64,000 nt of DNA from positions 1-64,000 of the IMG/VR virus record IMGVR_UViG_2706795030_000004; one strand, written 5' to 3'. The notes beneath the pieces were generated by a model. That model was not told the DNA's origin. It worked only from the letters and a program-made list of their open reading frames with translations, and searched no databases. This DNA comes from a virus. Lineage: Duplodnaviria; Caudoviricetes. Position numbers and translations under genes: made by a program. Position 1 is the first letter of the stretch. Each line of letters opens with the position of its first letter. Shown here piece after piece: positions 1 to 9,200 of the stretch.

Positions 1-45
1 ATGCCCCGCTTCTGGGGACACATTGGGGACACTGGTGGGGGTATC

Positions 46-1239
46 GTGCTCACAGACGCAAAAATCAGAAAAGCGACGATTCGCGACAAGGACTACAAGC
101 TCGCCGACGCGCACGGCCTGTACGTCCTCGTGCGCGCCAACGGCAGCAAGCTCTGGCGCATCAAGTATCGGTTCGACGGCAAGGAGCGGCTGCTGTCGCT
201 CGGCCCCTACCCCGAGGTGTCCCTCGCGGACGCCCGGGAGACGCTGGCTGACGCCCGCAAGAAGCTCCGCGCCGGTGAGGACCCCCAGCGCCGCCAGCCT
301 ACCGGGCTGACCTTCGAGACACTCGCCCGCGAGTGGCATGCCCTGCAGAAACCTCGGTGGGCGGATCGCCACGCCAAGAAGGTGCTGCAGAGCCTCGAGC
401 ACGAAGTATTCCCCCTCATCGGCAACATGTCCGTCGACGACATCGACCCGCCCACCGTGCTGGACGTCGTCCGCCGTATGGAGAAGCGAGGCGCGCTCGA
501 GGGCGGCGCCCGCGTCCGCCAGCGCATATCGGCCATCTTCGTCTACGGCATCTCCAGCGGCCGGGCGAAGAACGATCCAGCTGCCATCGTGTCCGGCGCC
601 TTGGCACCGCCGAAGCCAAAGGGGCGCCGTCCCGCGCTCGTCGACCTCGACGAGATCAAAGAGCTGATGCTCGCGATTGAGAACAGCGGCTCCTATCCGG
701 TCACCATCCTCGCCTCCCGACTGCTGGCGCTCTCCGCAGCACGCCCCGGTATGGTCCGGGGCATGGAGTGGTCGGAGGATCATGGCGATGTCTGGACCAT
801 CCCCGCGGCCCGCATGAAGCTGCTGAAAGAGCACAAGCACGACAGCGAGCGGGACTTCTCCATTCCCATCACGCGACAAATGCGCGAGGTGCTCGAAGCG
901 GTGCGGCCGCTCACCGGTCATCTGAAGCTGGTTTTTCCTGGCCAACGTGCTTTTGACAAGCCGCTCTCCGACAACGCGCTCGGCGTTCTCTACCAGCGCC
1001 TCGGATATAAGGGCCGCCACGTCCCGCACGGCTGGCGTTCGTCCTTCTCCACGATCATGAACGAGCGGCGCCCTCGCGACCGCGAGGTCATCGACCTGAT
1101 GCTGGCGCACGTTCGTGAGAACGAGGTGGAAGCGGCCTACAACCGCTCGCAGCACTGGAGCCGCCGCGTGTCGATCGCCAACGAGTGGTCGACCCTTATT
1201 TCGAAAGGGTTGCCGCCTCCGCAGACGCGCACAGCTTGA
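46..1239 (+). CDS. int: P4-type tyrosine integrase with N-terminal Arm-DNA-binding domain
   Basis: Starts LTDAKIRKA...YKLADAHGLYVLVRANGSKLWRIKYRFDGKERLLSLGPYPEVSLADAR; catalytic residues intact (RPG, HGWRSSFST, LAH, AYNRS). GTG at 46 after GGGGGTATC preferred over ATG at 1. Confidence 0.95.
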   Translation: MLTDAKIRKATIRDKDYKLADAHGLYVLVRANGSKLWRIKYRFDGKERLLSLGPYPEVSLADARETLADARKKLRAGEDPQRRQPTGLTFETLAREWHALQKPRWADRHAKKVLQSLEHEVFPLIGNMSVDDIDPPTVLDVVRRMEKRGALEGGARVRQRISAIFVYGISSGRAKNDPAAIVSGALAPPKPKGRRPALVDLDEIKELMLAIENSGSYPVTILASRLLALSAARPGMVRGMEWSEDHGDVWTIPAARMKLLKEHKHDSERDFSIPITRQMREVLEAVRPLTGHLKLVFPGQRAFDKPLSDNALGVLYQRLGYKGRHVPHGWRSSFSTIMNERRPRDREVIDLMLAHVRENEVEAAYNRSQHWSRRVSIANEWSTLISKGLPPPQTRTA

Positions 1240-1486
1240 TGGCGTCCTCGGCCTTGTCGGCATAGCCACCCTTCCCCGCATACTCGAGCAGCTTGGCGCT
1301 GACGATGCGCAGAGCATCCTCCGCCAGATCCGGCAGAGCCCCGAGCGGCGTCGGCCGCGCGGGTGCCTGAGCCGGGCACGGCACCATCACTTCCTTGACG
1401 ACCTCGACGGTCTTCACCTCGACGCCACCGGGGGTGTGGGCGCATCCTGCGAGGAGGAGCAGACTAAATGCCGGCCAGAGCTTCAC
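1196..1486 (-). CDS. o-spanin (Rz1-like lipoprotein)
   Basis: Lipobox LLAGC, Pro-rich mature region (VPCPAQAPARPTP), overlaps the 3' end of the i-spanin gene. Confidence 0.85.
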   Translation of the reverse strand: MKLWPAFSLLLLAGCAHTPGGVEVKTVEVVKEVMVPCPAQAPARPTPLGALPDLAEDALRIVSAKLLEYAGKGGYADKAEDAIKLCASAEAATLSK

Positions 1487-1847
1487 GGACGTCTCCCGGG
1501 GTTACGCAGGTGCTCGTGCCCCGCGTGCGGAGCAGAGCGTCGATCTTCTGCTGGGTGCTGCGATACGCCTCGGCGTTTCGCTTGGCATCGGCCTCTGCCT
1601 TGAGCTTGGCAGCGTCGAGCTTCTTTGCGCGTTCGCGGCTCTCCGCATTCTTCTCAGCAAGGGCGGCGATCACGTCGTCGAGCGACTGCTTCGTCGTTTT
1701 CTGAGCGTCCTTCCAGCTCTTGGTCAGGACCTTTTGATCCTCGAGCTCGTCGGCGAGCCGATCCGCCCGACAGGTCTGCAGGGTGAGAAGCATGAGCAGG
1801 GCGAGTGTCGTCGCCCCGAAAATCTTGCTGGTCAGTACGCTGAACAT
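1464..1847 (-). CDS. i-spanin (Rz-like)
   Basis: Single N-terminal TM segment, Ala/Lys/Glu coiled coil, C-terminal Cys; directly downstream of the endolysin. Confidence 0.85.
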   Translation of the reverse strand: MFSVLTSKIFGATTLALLMLLTLQTCRADRLADELEDQKVLTKSWKDAQKTTKQSLDDVIAALAEKNAESRERAKKLDAAKLKAEADAKRNAEAYRSTQQKIDALLRTRGTSTCVTPGDVREALAGI

Positions 1848-2443
1848 TTCTTCCGATCCACGTTGCCGACGCGCTTGTTGATCCAGCCGCGATAGAATAC
1901 CTTGAGCTTCGGGTTCACCCGCACGAGCCGCTGGTACTCGGCGGTTTGCTTTGCGTCCATTTTGTCAAGCATGAGCACACAAAGACGAGGGTTCTTAAAC
2001 CGGGCAAAGGCCGCGACCGACTTCGGTCCGATCTTGCAGTCGACCTTGAGCCGCGGTGAGGCGCCGAGTTCATTGAGGCTCTGCTGGAACCAGCAGGACG
2101 GCCGATGGGGGCCAAAGTTCACTGCGCTGTCGACGATCTCCTCGCCGACGGCGGGGCTGATCTCGATGATCGGCAGGAAGCCGGGCTCCTTGATGTAGCC
2201 CTTGAAGATGATGTCGTTGGCCCACTCCTTGGGGAAGTCTTTCATGTGGCCGGTATAACCGTCCTCGCGCGCGACCTTCTCGGTGATGCCGTGATTGGTA
2301 GCGCCGCCCGGATCAGAACTGTGGTGAACATATCCCCCTTCGTTCAGACCGACAGCGGCAAGGATGCCTGTGATAATGACGCCGAGAGTGCCGAGCCCTG
2401 CGAGGACACCCTTGCGGGCAGTTTCCTCCGCGGGATCAGTCAT
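1832..2443 (-). CDS. Endolysin, glycoside hydrolase family 108 with PG-binding C-terminus
   Basis: EGGYVHHSSDPGGATNHGIT motif, DSAVNFGP, C-terminal FYRGWINKRV; hydrophobic Gly/Ala-rich N-terminus. Confidence 0.92.
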   Translation of the reverse strand: MTDPAEETARKGVLAGLGTLGVIITGILAAVGLNEGGYVHHSSDPGGATNHGITEKVAREDGYTGHMKDFPKEWANDIIFKGYIKEPGFLPIIEISPAVGEEIVDSAVNFGPHRPSCWFQQSLNELGASPRLKVDCKIGPKSVAAFARFKNPRLCVLMLDKMDAKQTAEYQRLVRVNPKLKVFYRGWINKRVGNVDRKKCSAY

Positions 2444-2612
2444 CGCTCTTCTTCTTGAAAAACTTGTAGATCAGCACACCGATTTGAAGAACGGTGTAGA
2501 TAATGGTGACGATGAACACCCAGTCCTGAAGAGAAAACCCCAACGCGGCGGCGCCACTTACCCCCACAGGAAGTGCAGATTTAGTAGCTGCGGAAGCGTA
2601 TTCTGAGATCAC
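2436..2612 (-). CDS. Holin (small, basic C-terminus)
   Basis: 58 aa from GTG 2612; LQDWVFIVTIIYTVLQIGVLIYKFFKKK; stop overlaps the endolysin start. Confidence 0.75.
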   Translation of the reverse strand: MISEYASAATKSALPVGVSGAAALGFSLQDWVFIVTIIYTVLQIGVLIYKFFKKKSDD

Positions 2613-2728
2613 CTTGCTGCTCCGGCCAAGTACGCGAGCAGGAGGAAGGGAATGAGTGCCTCCCGCACGTAGAACATCATCAAAGTCAAAAGCAGTAGTC
2701 CCACGACCCGGGCCATTGCTTTTCAACC

Positions 2729-2745
2729 TTCTCGCTGTGCGAGTT
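2729..2745. promoter_or_regulatory. Degenerate copy of the AAGTCGC-N3-GCGACTT box
   Basis: TTCTCGC-TGT-GCGAGTT, 64 nt before the ATG at 2793. Confidence 0.55.
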
Positions 2746-2792
2746 TCCAATCTTGAATTGATCCTCGATGCACGAAGCATGACGGAGCCCAC

Positions 2793-4682
2793 ATGATCAA
2801 AAAACTCAGCTATTCGGTTACCTTTCCTACCAACGGAATTTCGCTGTCCGGCGACCTAAACCTTCAACCGGGCTCAACCGCCTTCATTGGCCCGAACGGG
2901 TCCGGCAAGACGTTCGGCTCGATCGAGGTCATCCGCTATCTGCTGTTCGGAAAGCGCGCGCTCCGCGGTCCGGCATCCGACTACAAGAAGCTGACCGCCG
3001 AAGGCGTCTTCGAGATCGCCGGCAAGGAATACCGCGTTGAACGGACGCCTCGTAAGGAATCCCTATGGGGGCCGGATGGAGAGGTGCTCGCCGTCAACAC
3101 CGAGGCAGTGAACCAGAAGCTGCTCGAGATCCTCGGCTTCGGCCTCGACGTGTTCGACGTCGTGTGCGCGGCGCGCCAGAAGGACAGCGAGCGGCTGAGC
3201 CAGATGAAGGCGCCTGAGCGCAAGCGCCTGATCGACCGCATCCTCGGCCTCACCGCGCAGGAGAAGGCCGAGAAGGACTGCAAGGACGAGGCGAAGGGTC
3301 ACCGCAAGCTCGCAGAGGCGCTCGCCGAGGGGCTGGTTAAGCCCGAAGAGCCGAAGAAGCCCGAGGGGTATCGCCCCGTCGCCGAGATCGAGGCCGCCCT
3401 GAGTGCGGTCCAGGCCTACGAAAAGGAGAAGGCGCGGCTCGAGGCGATCGTCGCCCAGGCTGGCGAGGAACCGCCCGTTCCCGTCGCCCCCGCCGTAGAC
3501 GTGGCGGAGCTAGAGGCACGGGCCGAAGCCGCGCGCTCGGACAAACAGGCGCACGCCTCCCGAGTGGCAGAACTTGAGCGCATTCCCCTCCCCGCCTACA
3601 CCCTCGAGCAGATCGAGTTGTCCGAAAAATACAGCATATTTCGGACAGAGCTGGAGCGCCGCGGCCCGAAGCCGACGGTGACACCGGAGCAGATCGACGA
3701 CATGCAGCACGCGTGGCACCTGCTGATGAAGCCGGGCGATGAGGTTACCTGCCCCAAATGTGAACACCAATTTGTGCCGGGTCGCCCCGACGACGTCGTG
3801 GAGCCCGCCCTCTCGCTCGAGCAGCTCAAGGCCGAGAAGCGGGCCAACGCCCTGTGGGAAGAGCCGCTCGACGAGGTAGCGGAGCCAGCTGTCGTGCTGA
3901 CGGCCGAGGAGATCAAACAGCAGCAGCTTGCCCACTCGCAGGCTGAGCGCCGCCGCGAGCTCGAGGCGCTGGTCGCCGACTATGTCGAGCCCGAGGACGT
4001 CAGCGAGGAGTTGGCAGCCGCGCGTGCTGCAGTGGCCGACTACCGGGCGCAGGTCGCCACGCGCGAGCGTTGGGAAGCTACTGCCGAGGCGCGGGAAATG
4101 TTACAAAACCTCACGCCCCCCGCAGGATCGTCCGAGGAATTGTCACAGGCGCTCGTCGAGGCGCGCGTCTACGAGAAGCTCCTCGCCGATTACGAGATCC
4201 AGCACGAGGCATGGCGCAAGGCGCAGGAGCGGATCGACGACGCGAAGCAGAAGGCCAAGGATTACACTGCCGGCGCCGAGGCACTGGCCGAAGCACGCCT
4301 TATGGTGAAGGCCCATCTCGCACCGTCGCTCTCTCGGGTTGCGACGAGCCTGATCCACCAGATGACCAATGGCGTTCTGACGACGGTCGAAGTCGATGAG
4401 GATATGAACATCACCGTCGACGGTCAGGATATTTCTACGCTCTCGGGCGCAGGAGCCACAGTAGCTAACCTGGCCGTGCGGATCGGACTTGGCCGGGTGT
4501 TGGTCAGCCGGGTATTCCCTGTCTTCATTGGCGATGAGATCGACAGCGACATGGACGCCGAGCGGGCCGAGGCGACTGCCGAGGCGCTCGCGTCGCTGAC
4601 GGATCAGCTGCAGCAGATCTTGATCATCACGCACAAGCAGTTCGAGCATGCAGATCGGGTGGTAATCCACCCACTCGCATAG
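2793..4682 (+). CDS. SbcC/Rad50-like SMC ATPase (recombination nuclease subunit)
   Basis: Walker A GPNGSGKT, coiled coils with central CPKC zinc hook, signature LSGAG, Walker B FIGDEID, IITH. Confidence 0.88.
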   Translation: MIKKLSYSVTFPTNGISLSGDLNLQPGSTAFIGPNGSGKTFGSIEVIRYLLFGKRALRGPASDYKKLTAEGVFEIAGKEYRVERTPRKESLWGPDGEVLAVNTEAVNQKLLEILGFGLDVFDVVCAARQKDSERLSQMKAPERKRLIDRILGLTAQEKAEKDCKDEAKGHRKLAEALAEGLVKPEEPKKPEGYRPVAEIEAALSAVQAYEKEKARLEAIVAQAGEEPPVPVAPAVDVAELEARAEAARSDKQAHASRVAELERIPLPAYTLEQIELSEKYSIFRTELERRGPKPTVTPEQIDDMQHAWHLLMKPGDEVTCPKCEHQFVPGRPDDVVEPALSLEQLKAEKRANALWEEPLDEVAEPAVVLTAEEIKQQQLAHSQAERRRELEALVADYVEPEDVSEELAAARAAVADYRAQVATRERWEATAEAREMLQNLTPPAGSSEELSQALVEARVYEKLLADYEIQHEAWRKAQERIDDAKQKAKDYTAGAEALAEARLMVKAHLAPSLSRVATSLIHQMTNGVLTTVEVDEDMNITVDGQDISTLSGAGATVANLAVRIGLGRVLVSRVFPVFIGDEIDSDMDAERAEATAEALASLTDQLQQILIITHKQFEHADRVVIHPLA

Positions 4683-4688
4683 CGACTT
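4672..4688. promoter_or_regulatory. AAGTCGC-N3-GCGACTT box (2 mismatches)
   Basis: CACTCGC-ATA-GCGACTT overlapping the SMC stop codon. Confidence 0.65.
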
Positions 4689-4755
4689 CTTGGTCTACGA
4701 GTGCCAGAATCTCAACGCTTTACTAAATCCTCGGGTATCAAACCCGGAGATTACA

Positions 4756-5136
4756 GTGAGTTTAACAACCAAAGACAAAACAGCGATTCTGGAGCACTAC
4801 CGGCGCAGTCGGAGTCCCTTCAAAACGGCCCAGGCGCTCGGCTTTGAGCTGAGCGAAGTGTGGGAACTGATCAACGATAGCGTGGAGCTCCTGCACTCGC
4901 GGCAGGAGCGGTTCGGGGGCTTCGGTCGCCCCGAGCTCGTCCGCTTCACTGTGGCACGGAGAAAAGCGGGCAGCGGCTGGAATAACGCCTCCCCCGAACT
5001 GCGCCAAGCTCGGCGACTGTACGAGGAAGGTACGGTCGAATTGGCCACTGGCCGCGACGGTCTCTGGGAAATTCTCTACGCGATCCCGCGGAAGCGTCCG
5101 CAGCCTCGCCCCCATTATTTTCGACTTGGAGTTTGA
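4756..5136 (+). CDS. Putative HTH DNA-binding protein
   Basis: KTAILEHYRRSRSPFKTAQALGFELSEVWELI resembles an HTH; GTG 4756 has a GGAG RBS (alternative TTG at 4690). Confidence 0.55.
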   Translation: MSLTTKDKTAILEHYRRSRSPFKTAQALGFELSEVWELINDSVELLHSRQERFGGFGRPELVRFTVARRKAGSGWNNASPELRQARRLYEEGTVELATGRDGLWEILYAIPRKRPQPRPHYFRLGV

Positions 5137-5528
5137 GCGTGGACGGAAACCCGAAGACCGCAATGGGCGCGCAGAAGCCCGACCTGAGCGTTGTGCCCCC
5201 CTCCGCCCTGCTGCACTTGGCAACTGCCATGATGAACGGCGCGAGGAAATACGGCCCGTACAACTGGCGCGACGACCCGGTTAGCACCCGCGTCTATGTG
5301 GCCGCAGCCATGCGTCATCTTGCGTCGTATCTCGACGGGGAGGACTATTCGGCCGACACGGTTGAGGCGGAGGAGCCGGTCCACCATCTCGGACATGTCA
5401 TGGCCTGTTGCGCGATCGTCCTCGACGCTTGGCACGCCGGGACACTCCTCGACAACCGACCAAAGGTGCCCGGGCGAACCGGAGAGCTCATCGAGACATA
5501 CCGCACAACGAAGAAGTTGGCGGCCTAA
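5133..5528 (+). CDS. dATP/dGTP diphosphohydrolase (DUF5664 / dGTP_diPhyd_N-like)
   Basis: NPKTAMGAQKPDLSVVPP...GARKYGPYNWR...YVAAAMRHL...HHLGHVMACCAIVLDA pattern. Confidence 0.85.
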   Translation: MSVDGNPKTAMGAQKPDLSVVPPSALLHLATAMMNGARKYGPYNWRDDPVSTRVYVAAAMRHLASYLDGEDYSADTVEAEEPVHHLGHVMACCAIVLDAWHAGTLLDNRPKVPGRTGELIETYRTTKKLAA

Positions 5529-5530
5529 AC

Positions 5531-5570
5531 AACCGGCCAGATCCCTCGGGGTCTGGCCGGTTTCTTATTT
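5531..5570 (+). terminator. Intrinsic terminator between convergent operons
   Basis: AACCGGCCAGATCCC-TC-GGGGTCTGGCCGGTT stem followed by TCTTATTT. Confidence 0.8.
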
Positions 5571-5873
5571 GTGCCAGCGTCCGTAGACGCAATGGGCCGC
5601 TTCGTGTCCGATCCACTCGGGCTGGTAGCTCTGCGTCGGATCGACAATGTGCATTTCGCATCCGCGTGACGTAATCGCAGACCAGGCTTGCAGTTCTGCC
5701 GCGCCTTCCTTCGCAGACGCAGGCGCGGCATCGCGCAGGGCCTTGAGCGATGGGTGCGTCACGACCGTGATGTTCGGCGCGGCGCGCTCGAATTCTTTCC
5801 GCTCGAACTGGTAGCCATCTGCAGGGCCGCATCCGGCAAGGAGCACGGCGGCGAGGAGCGCGAGGCTCCTCAC
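5565..5873 (-). CDS. Small lipoprotein with HExxH motif
   Basis: Lipobox LLAGC; C-terminal WIGHEAAHC. Confidence 0.75.
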   Translation of the reverse strand: MRSLALLAAVLLAGCGPADGYQFERKEFERAAPNITVVTHPSLKALRDAAPASAKEGAAELQAWSAITSRGCEMHIVDPTQSYQPEWIGHEAAHCVYGRWHK

Positions 5874-6202
5874 GCTTCTTCTTCCGCGAGCGGATTGACC
5901 GGCTCAGGGTTGGGCACCGAGAGCATATCGCGTCGATTGATCAGCGACTGCAGGTCGACATTGAGCACGATCTTGATGCGATCGATGCGAGCCTTGACGT
6001 CCTCTGAAACGTCGCTCTCCTCAATGGCCGTGAGCGCCGCGAGCACGGTGGGCAGGTCGCCGCAGTCGTTCAGCGGTTCGAAAAGGGCGAGTTCGGCCAG
6101 ACGCGCGGTCTCAGCTGCGCTCCATTCGGCCATCGCCTGCTGATATTGCAGGGCGGTGAGCGTTTCCTCTTCCTCAGGGGTGAGTGGGGGATAGTCGGAC
6201 AC
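5870..6202 (-). CDS. Hypothetical protein downstream of the tail fibre (possible chaperone)
   Basis: GTG 6202 with GAGGAG RBS just after the fibre stop; acidic helical 110 aa. Confidence 0.65.
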   Translation of the reverse strand: MSDYPPLTPEEEETLTALQYQQAMAEWSAAETARLAELALFEPLNDCGDLPTVLAALTAIEESDVSEDVKARIDRIKIVLNVDLQSLINRRDMLSVPNPEPVNPLAEEEA

Positions 6203-6206
6203 AATA

Positions 6207-9200
6207 TTACTCCTCTGTGGTGACAATTGAGACACGCTGGGTTGACGACCCCAAGGTATCGGTGAAGCCTCGGGCCAAGGTGGCAGTGAAGGTGCGATCT
6301 CCCGTGCCTCCGGCATTGTCGGTGTAGGTAAAGTTGATGGTGTAGGACCTGACGAGCGTGGCCGTTCCCACTGAAGATCCAACCACAGGGCGAACGCCTG
6401 TAAATGTGCCGATCCCGCTCGTCGTTGAGGCGCTTTGGACATCGGAGAATGACCCACCTCCGATCTTACGGGCGAGAGTGACTGTGCTGCTCGCGACGGT
6501 TAGCGCCTTGGTTCCAGACCAGTTATTTCCGCCCGTATCTGATGCGTTGTAGGAGGCGGCGTCAGCATCGAAAGCATTACGGCCAGAGATATCGGCCGTA
6601 TAATTCTTCACCTCGGTCTTTTGGTAGGTCCAGCTCACAGCCACCACGATGGGATTGCCGTTGGTGCCGAAGGGGCCGCAGGTTGCGACTTCGGTAGTCC
6701 CGAGGCCCGAAGTGCTACCGTCGTTCTTGAGCGTGCCGGCATGTAGTGTGCCACCGAAGTAGGAATCGCCGTTAGTCTTGGTATAGGTGATGGCGTTCGC
6801 CTCGGAGCAGAGGTTGAGTGCCATCTTGGGGCCGAACCATTCGATGAACTGGTTGCTCGTGCCGAAGCCCTTGCCGATCACCTTCATGTAGGTGCCGGTG
6901 TCGGCGATGATCTTGCCGTTATTGACATAGAGGTCGCCGTTAACGAGTGCACCGGCAGCGCTGACGCCGAAGACCACGCGCGGGGTGACACCCGGCATCG
7001 CGACCAGGAACTTGTCGGCCTGCACGATGAAATCGCCGCTAGTCCCATCATTGTTCTGGCTGAAACCAGTGATGTGGTTGTTCACGCTGAGCGTGACGCT
7101 GTAGCGGGTCGCGAGACCGTTGAGCGCGGTCTGCTGGGTGCTGATCGTCGCGCCCTGCGCTGAGACGGTGGTGTCGAGGCTCGCGAGCTGCGTCGTGTGC
7201 GTCGCCAGCGTCGAGGCTTGCGTCGAGACGGTCGCTTCCATCGGAGCGAGCACGGTCTGGTCACGGATCTCGGCAGGCGTGGCGGGCCGAACTCCACACT
7301 TGTGCCAAGTGATGTCGTTGGCGTTGGCAGTGGATCCAGCCGTAGACCAATGGGCCATGGCGTATAGAAAATAGCCGTGGGCCGTCGCGGCAGTTACCTT
7401 GACGAGCTTGGCGAACTTGTATGTTTTGCCGACCTCGCCGCTCCCGATCGGTGCGCCCGTGTTATTACCGGGGTCGGTCGCGAAGATGCACCGCAGGTCA
7501 GACTGGACCGCCGATCCCGCGCTGTTGGAGATGGCCATGTAGGCAGCGGCACCAGCCAAGGTTCCGCTGTTCAGGGTGATTTCCGCCTCAATGACAAAGT
7601 AGTCGCCCGGATTGACGAGGTTCGTCGTCGAGTGGCCCGAGAAGACCAGCCCCGTGTTGGCCCCCGGCGTGCCGGGCATTCGCAGAGAGTAGCCGCCGAC
7701 GTTATCGTTGACTCTATACATGTTGGCCGAGCCCACCCAGTTGGTCCAACTGGTAGGAAGCTGCCCGACCGTCGCGCTTGGATAGTCGTCAAAGCCGGGG
7801 TTCTTATTGAGGAAGCCTTGCCCAATGCTCGCCGACAAGACGGCGCTCTGCTGAGCCGCAGCCGCTTGAGCTGTAGCTACAGCAGCCTGCGAAGTGGCAA
7901 TGCCTGCCTGCGACGTCGCTTCGGACAGCGCCTTAACATCTTCGCCATAGAAGGCGTGGAGCCGCGCAACTGAGCCGGGATTCTGCGCCGTCCCGTTCTC
8001 TGTGCGGTTCATCAGGAGGTTTGGACGAATATACTTCGCCCCGGTAGTGGTAAGATTATAATCCGCATTCGCGTTATTGCGGCCGATTGTGACAGACATC
8101 GCTCCTCGTTCACCCGTCGCAAGATTGATGCGGCTAGGGTTGACCACGATGCTTGTTATCAAATCAAAATTTTCATCGAGGACACGAAGGTAGACCGAGG
8201 AGCACGTCTTGGCAGTTGCCGACGTAATCTGCTCGACATCAACGGTTAGACGGATGACGTCTCCATCCTTAATGGGGACGGCAGCTCGCATTGAGACGGT
8301 GTAACCGCCTGACGGCACGTCGATATATGCACGGCTTGCCGGGACCCATGAAGGATCAAGTGCGGACTGTGCGCTCGTCACCCCTCCAGCCAAACTGCCA
8401 CCGAAAAGATCAGGGTTCATCGCCTTCGGCATCAGATCCGATAGGCTGTTGATCATCGTGGTCTTTGCCGACGCGGTAAGGGTCTCGTTGGCCGCTGCAG
8501 AAGCAGCCGACGACGTAGCCGATGCAGCTTGAGTGGTCGCGATACCGGCTTGGGTCTCGGCAGCAACGCTCTCGGTGACGTCCTCAATCTTGAGCTGGGA
8601 GAACCGACCGTTGGGGGTGCCGGCATTGAACCGGCCCATAGCGCGCAGATACACAACGCCCGCCGCAATCAGCGTATCGCCGTCAATCACGGCGGTCGAC
8701 GTGGTCTGCCATGTGGTGGTGGAGGTCGCCGGAACCGTAACGACGGAGCCGCCGATATAACCATAGGACGCATTAAGAGCGATCGCATAGACGGCCATCG
8801 GTCGGGTAGAAGAGGACGTCTGATGCGTCGCACTGACCCGGTATTTGCGCCCCGGACGGACGGCAACGACGCCCTTTTGCGCGATGTCCTGAACAGAGGC
8901 TGTGGAAGTGGCCACTGCAACGCGACCAATCCCAGCGATTGTCTGGAAGGAGTAGACCCCCGATCCCGAGGCAGAGGGGAGACTGGATGGTGCACCGAGC
9001 CAACCGGCTCCCGTTCCTTCACAGAAAAATAGGCCGTCCTGCTCAAAGGTCGAAGGCAGCGTTTGAAGAGCAGCGGTCTCCGCTGCACCAGCATAGTCAG
9101 CCGAAAGAGTTGCGTTCGTCGAAGCGACAGCTGCATCCGCATCAGCGTCGGCTGCGCTACCTGCTGCTGCGGATGCAGATGCAGCTGCGTTAGCCTGTGC

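Noticed and set aside
1-45. ATG at position 1 as the integrase start
   Set aside because: The P4-type family begins at MLTD; the GTG at 46 follows the typical GGGGGTATC context.
2613-2792. Longer 118-aa holin and a TCATTCCCTT late-box-like sequence at 2646-2655
   Set aside because: The extension is non-hydrophobic and covers the divergent promoter region; the box has two mismatches and the wrong spacing (43 nt).
5133-5528. Z-genome (2-aminoadenine) pathway
   Set aside because: No PurZ, DatZ-like HD protein or DNA polymerase is visible in this window.
6203-6457. 195-aa version of the ORF after the fibre gene
   Set aside because: It would overlap the fibre gene by about 250 bp; GTG 6202 has a clear GAGGAG RBS.
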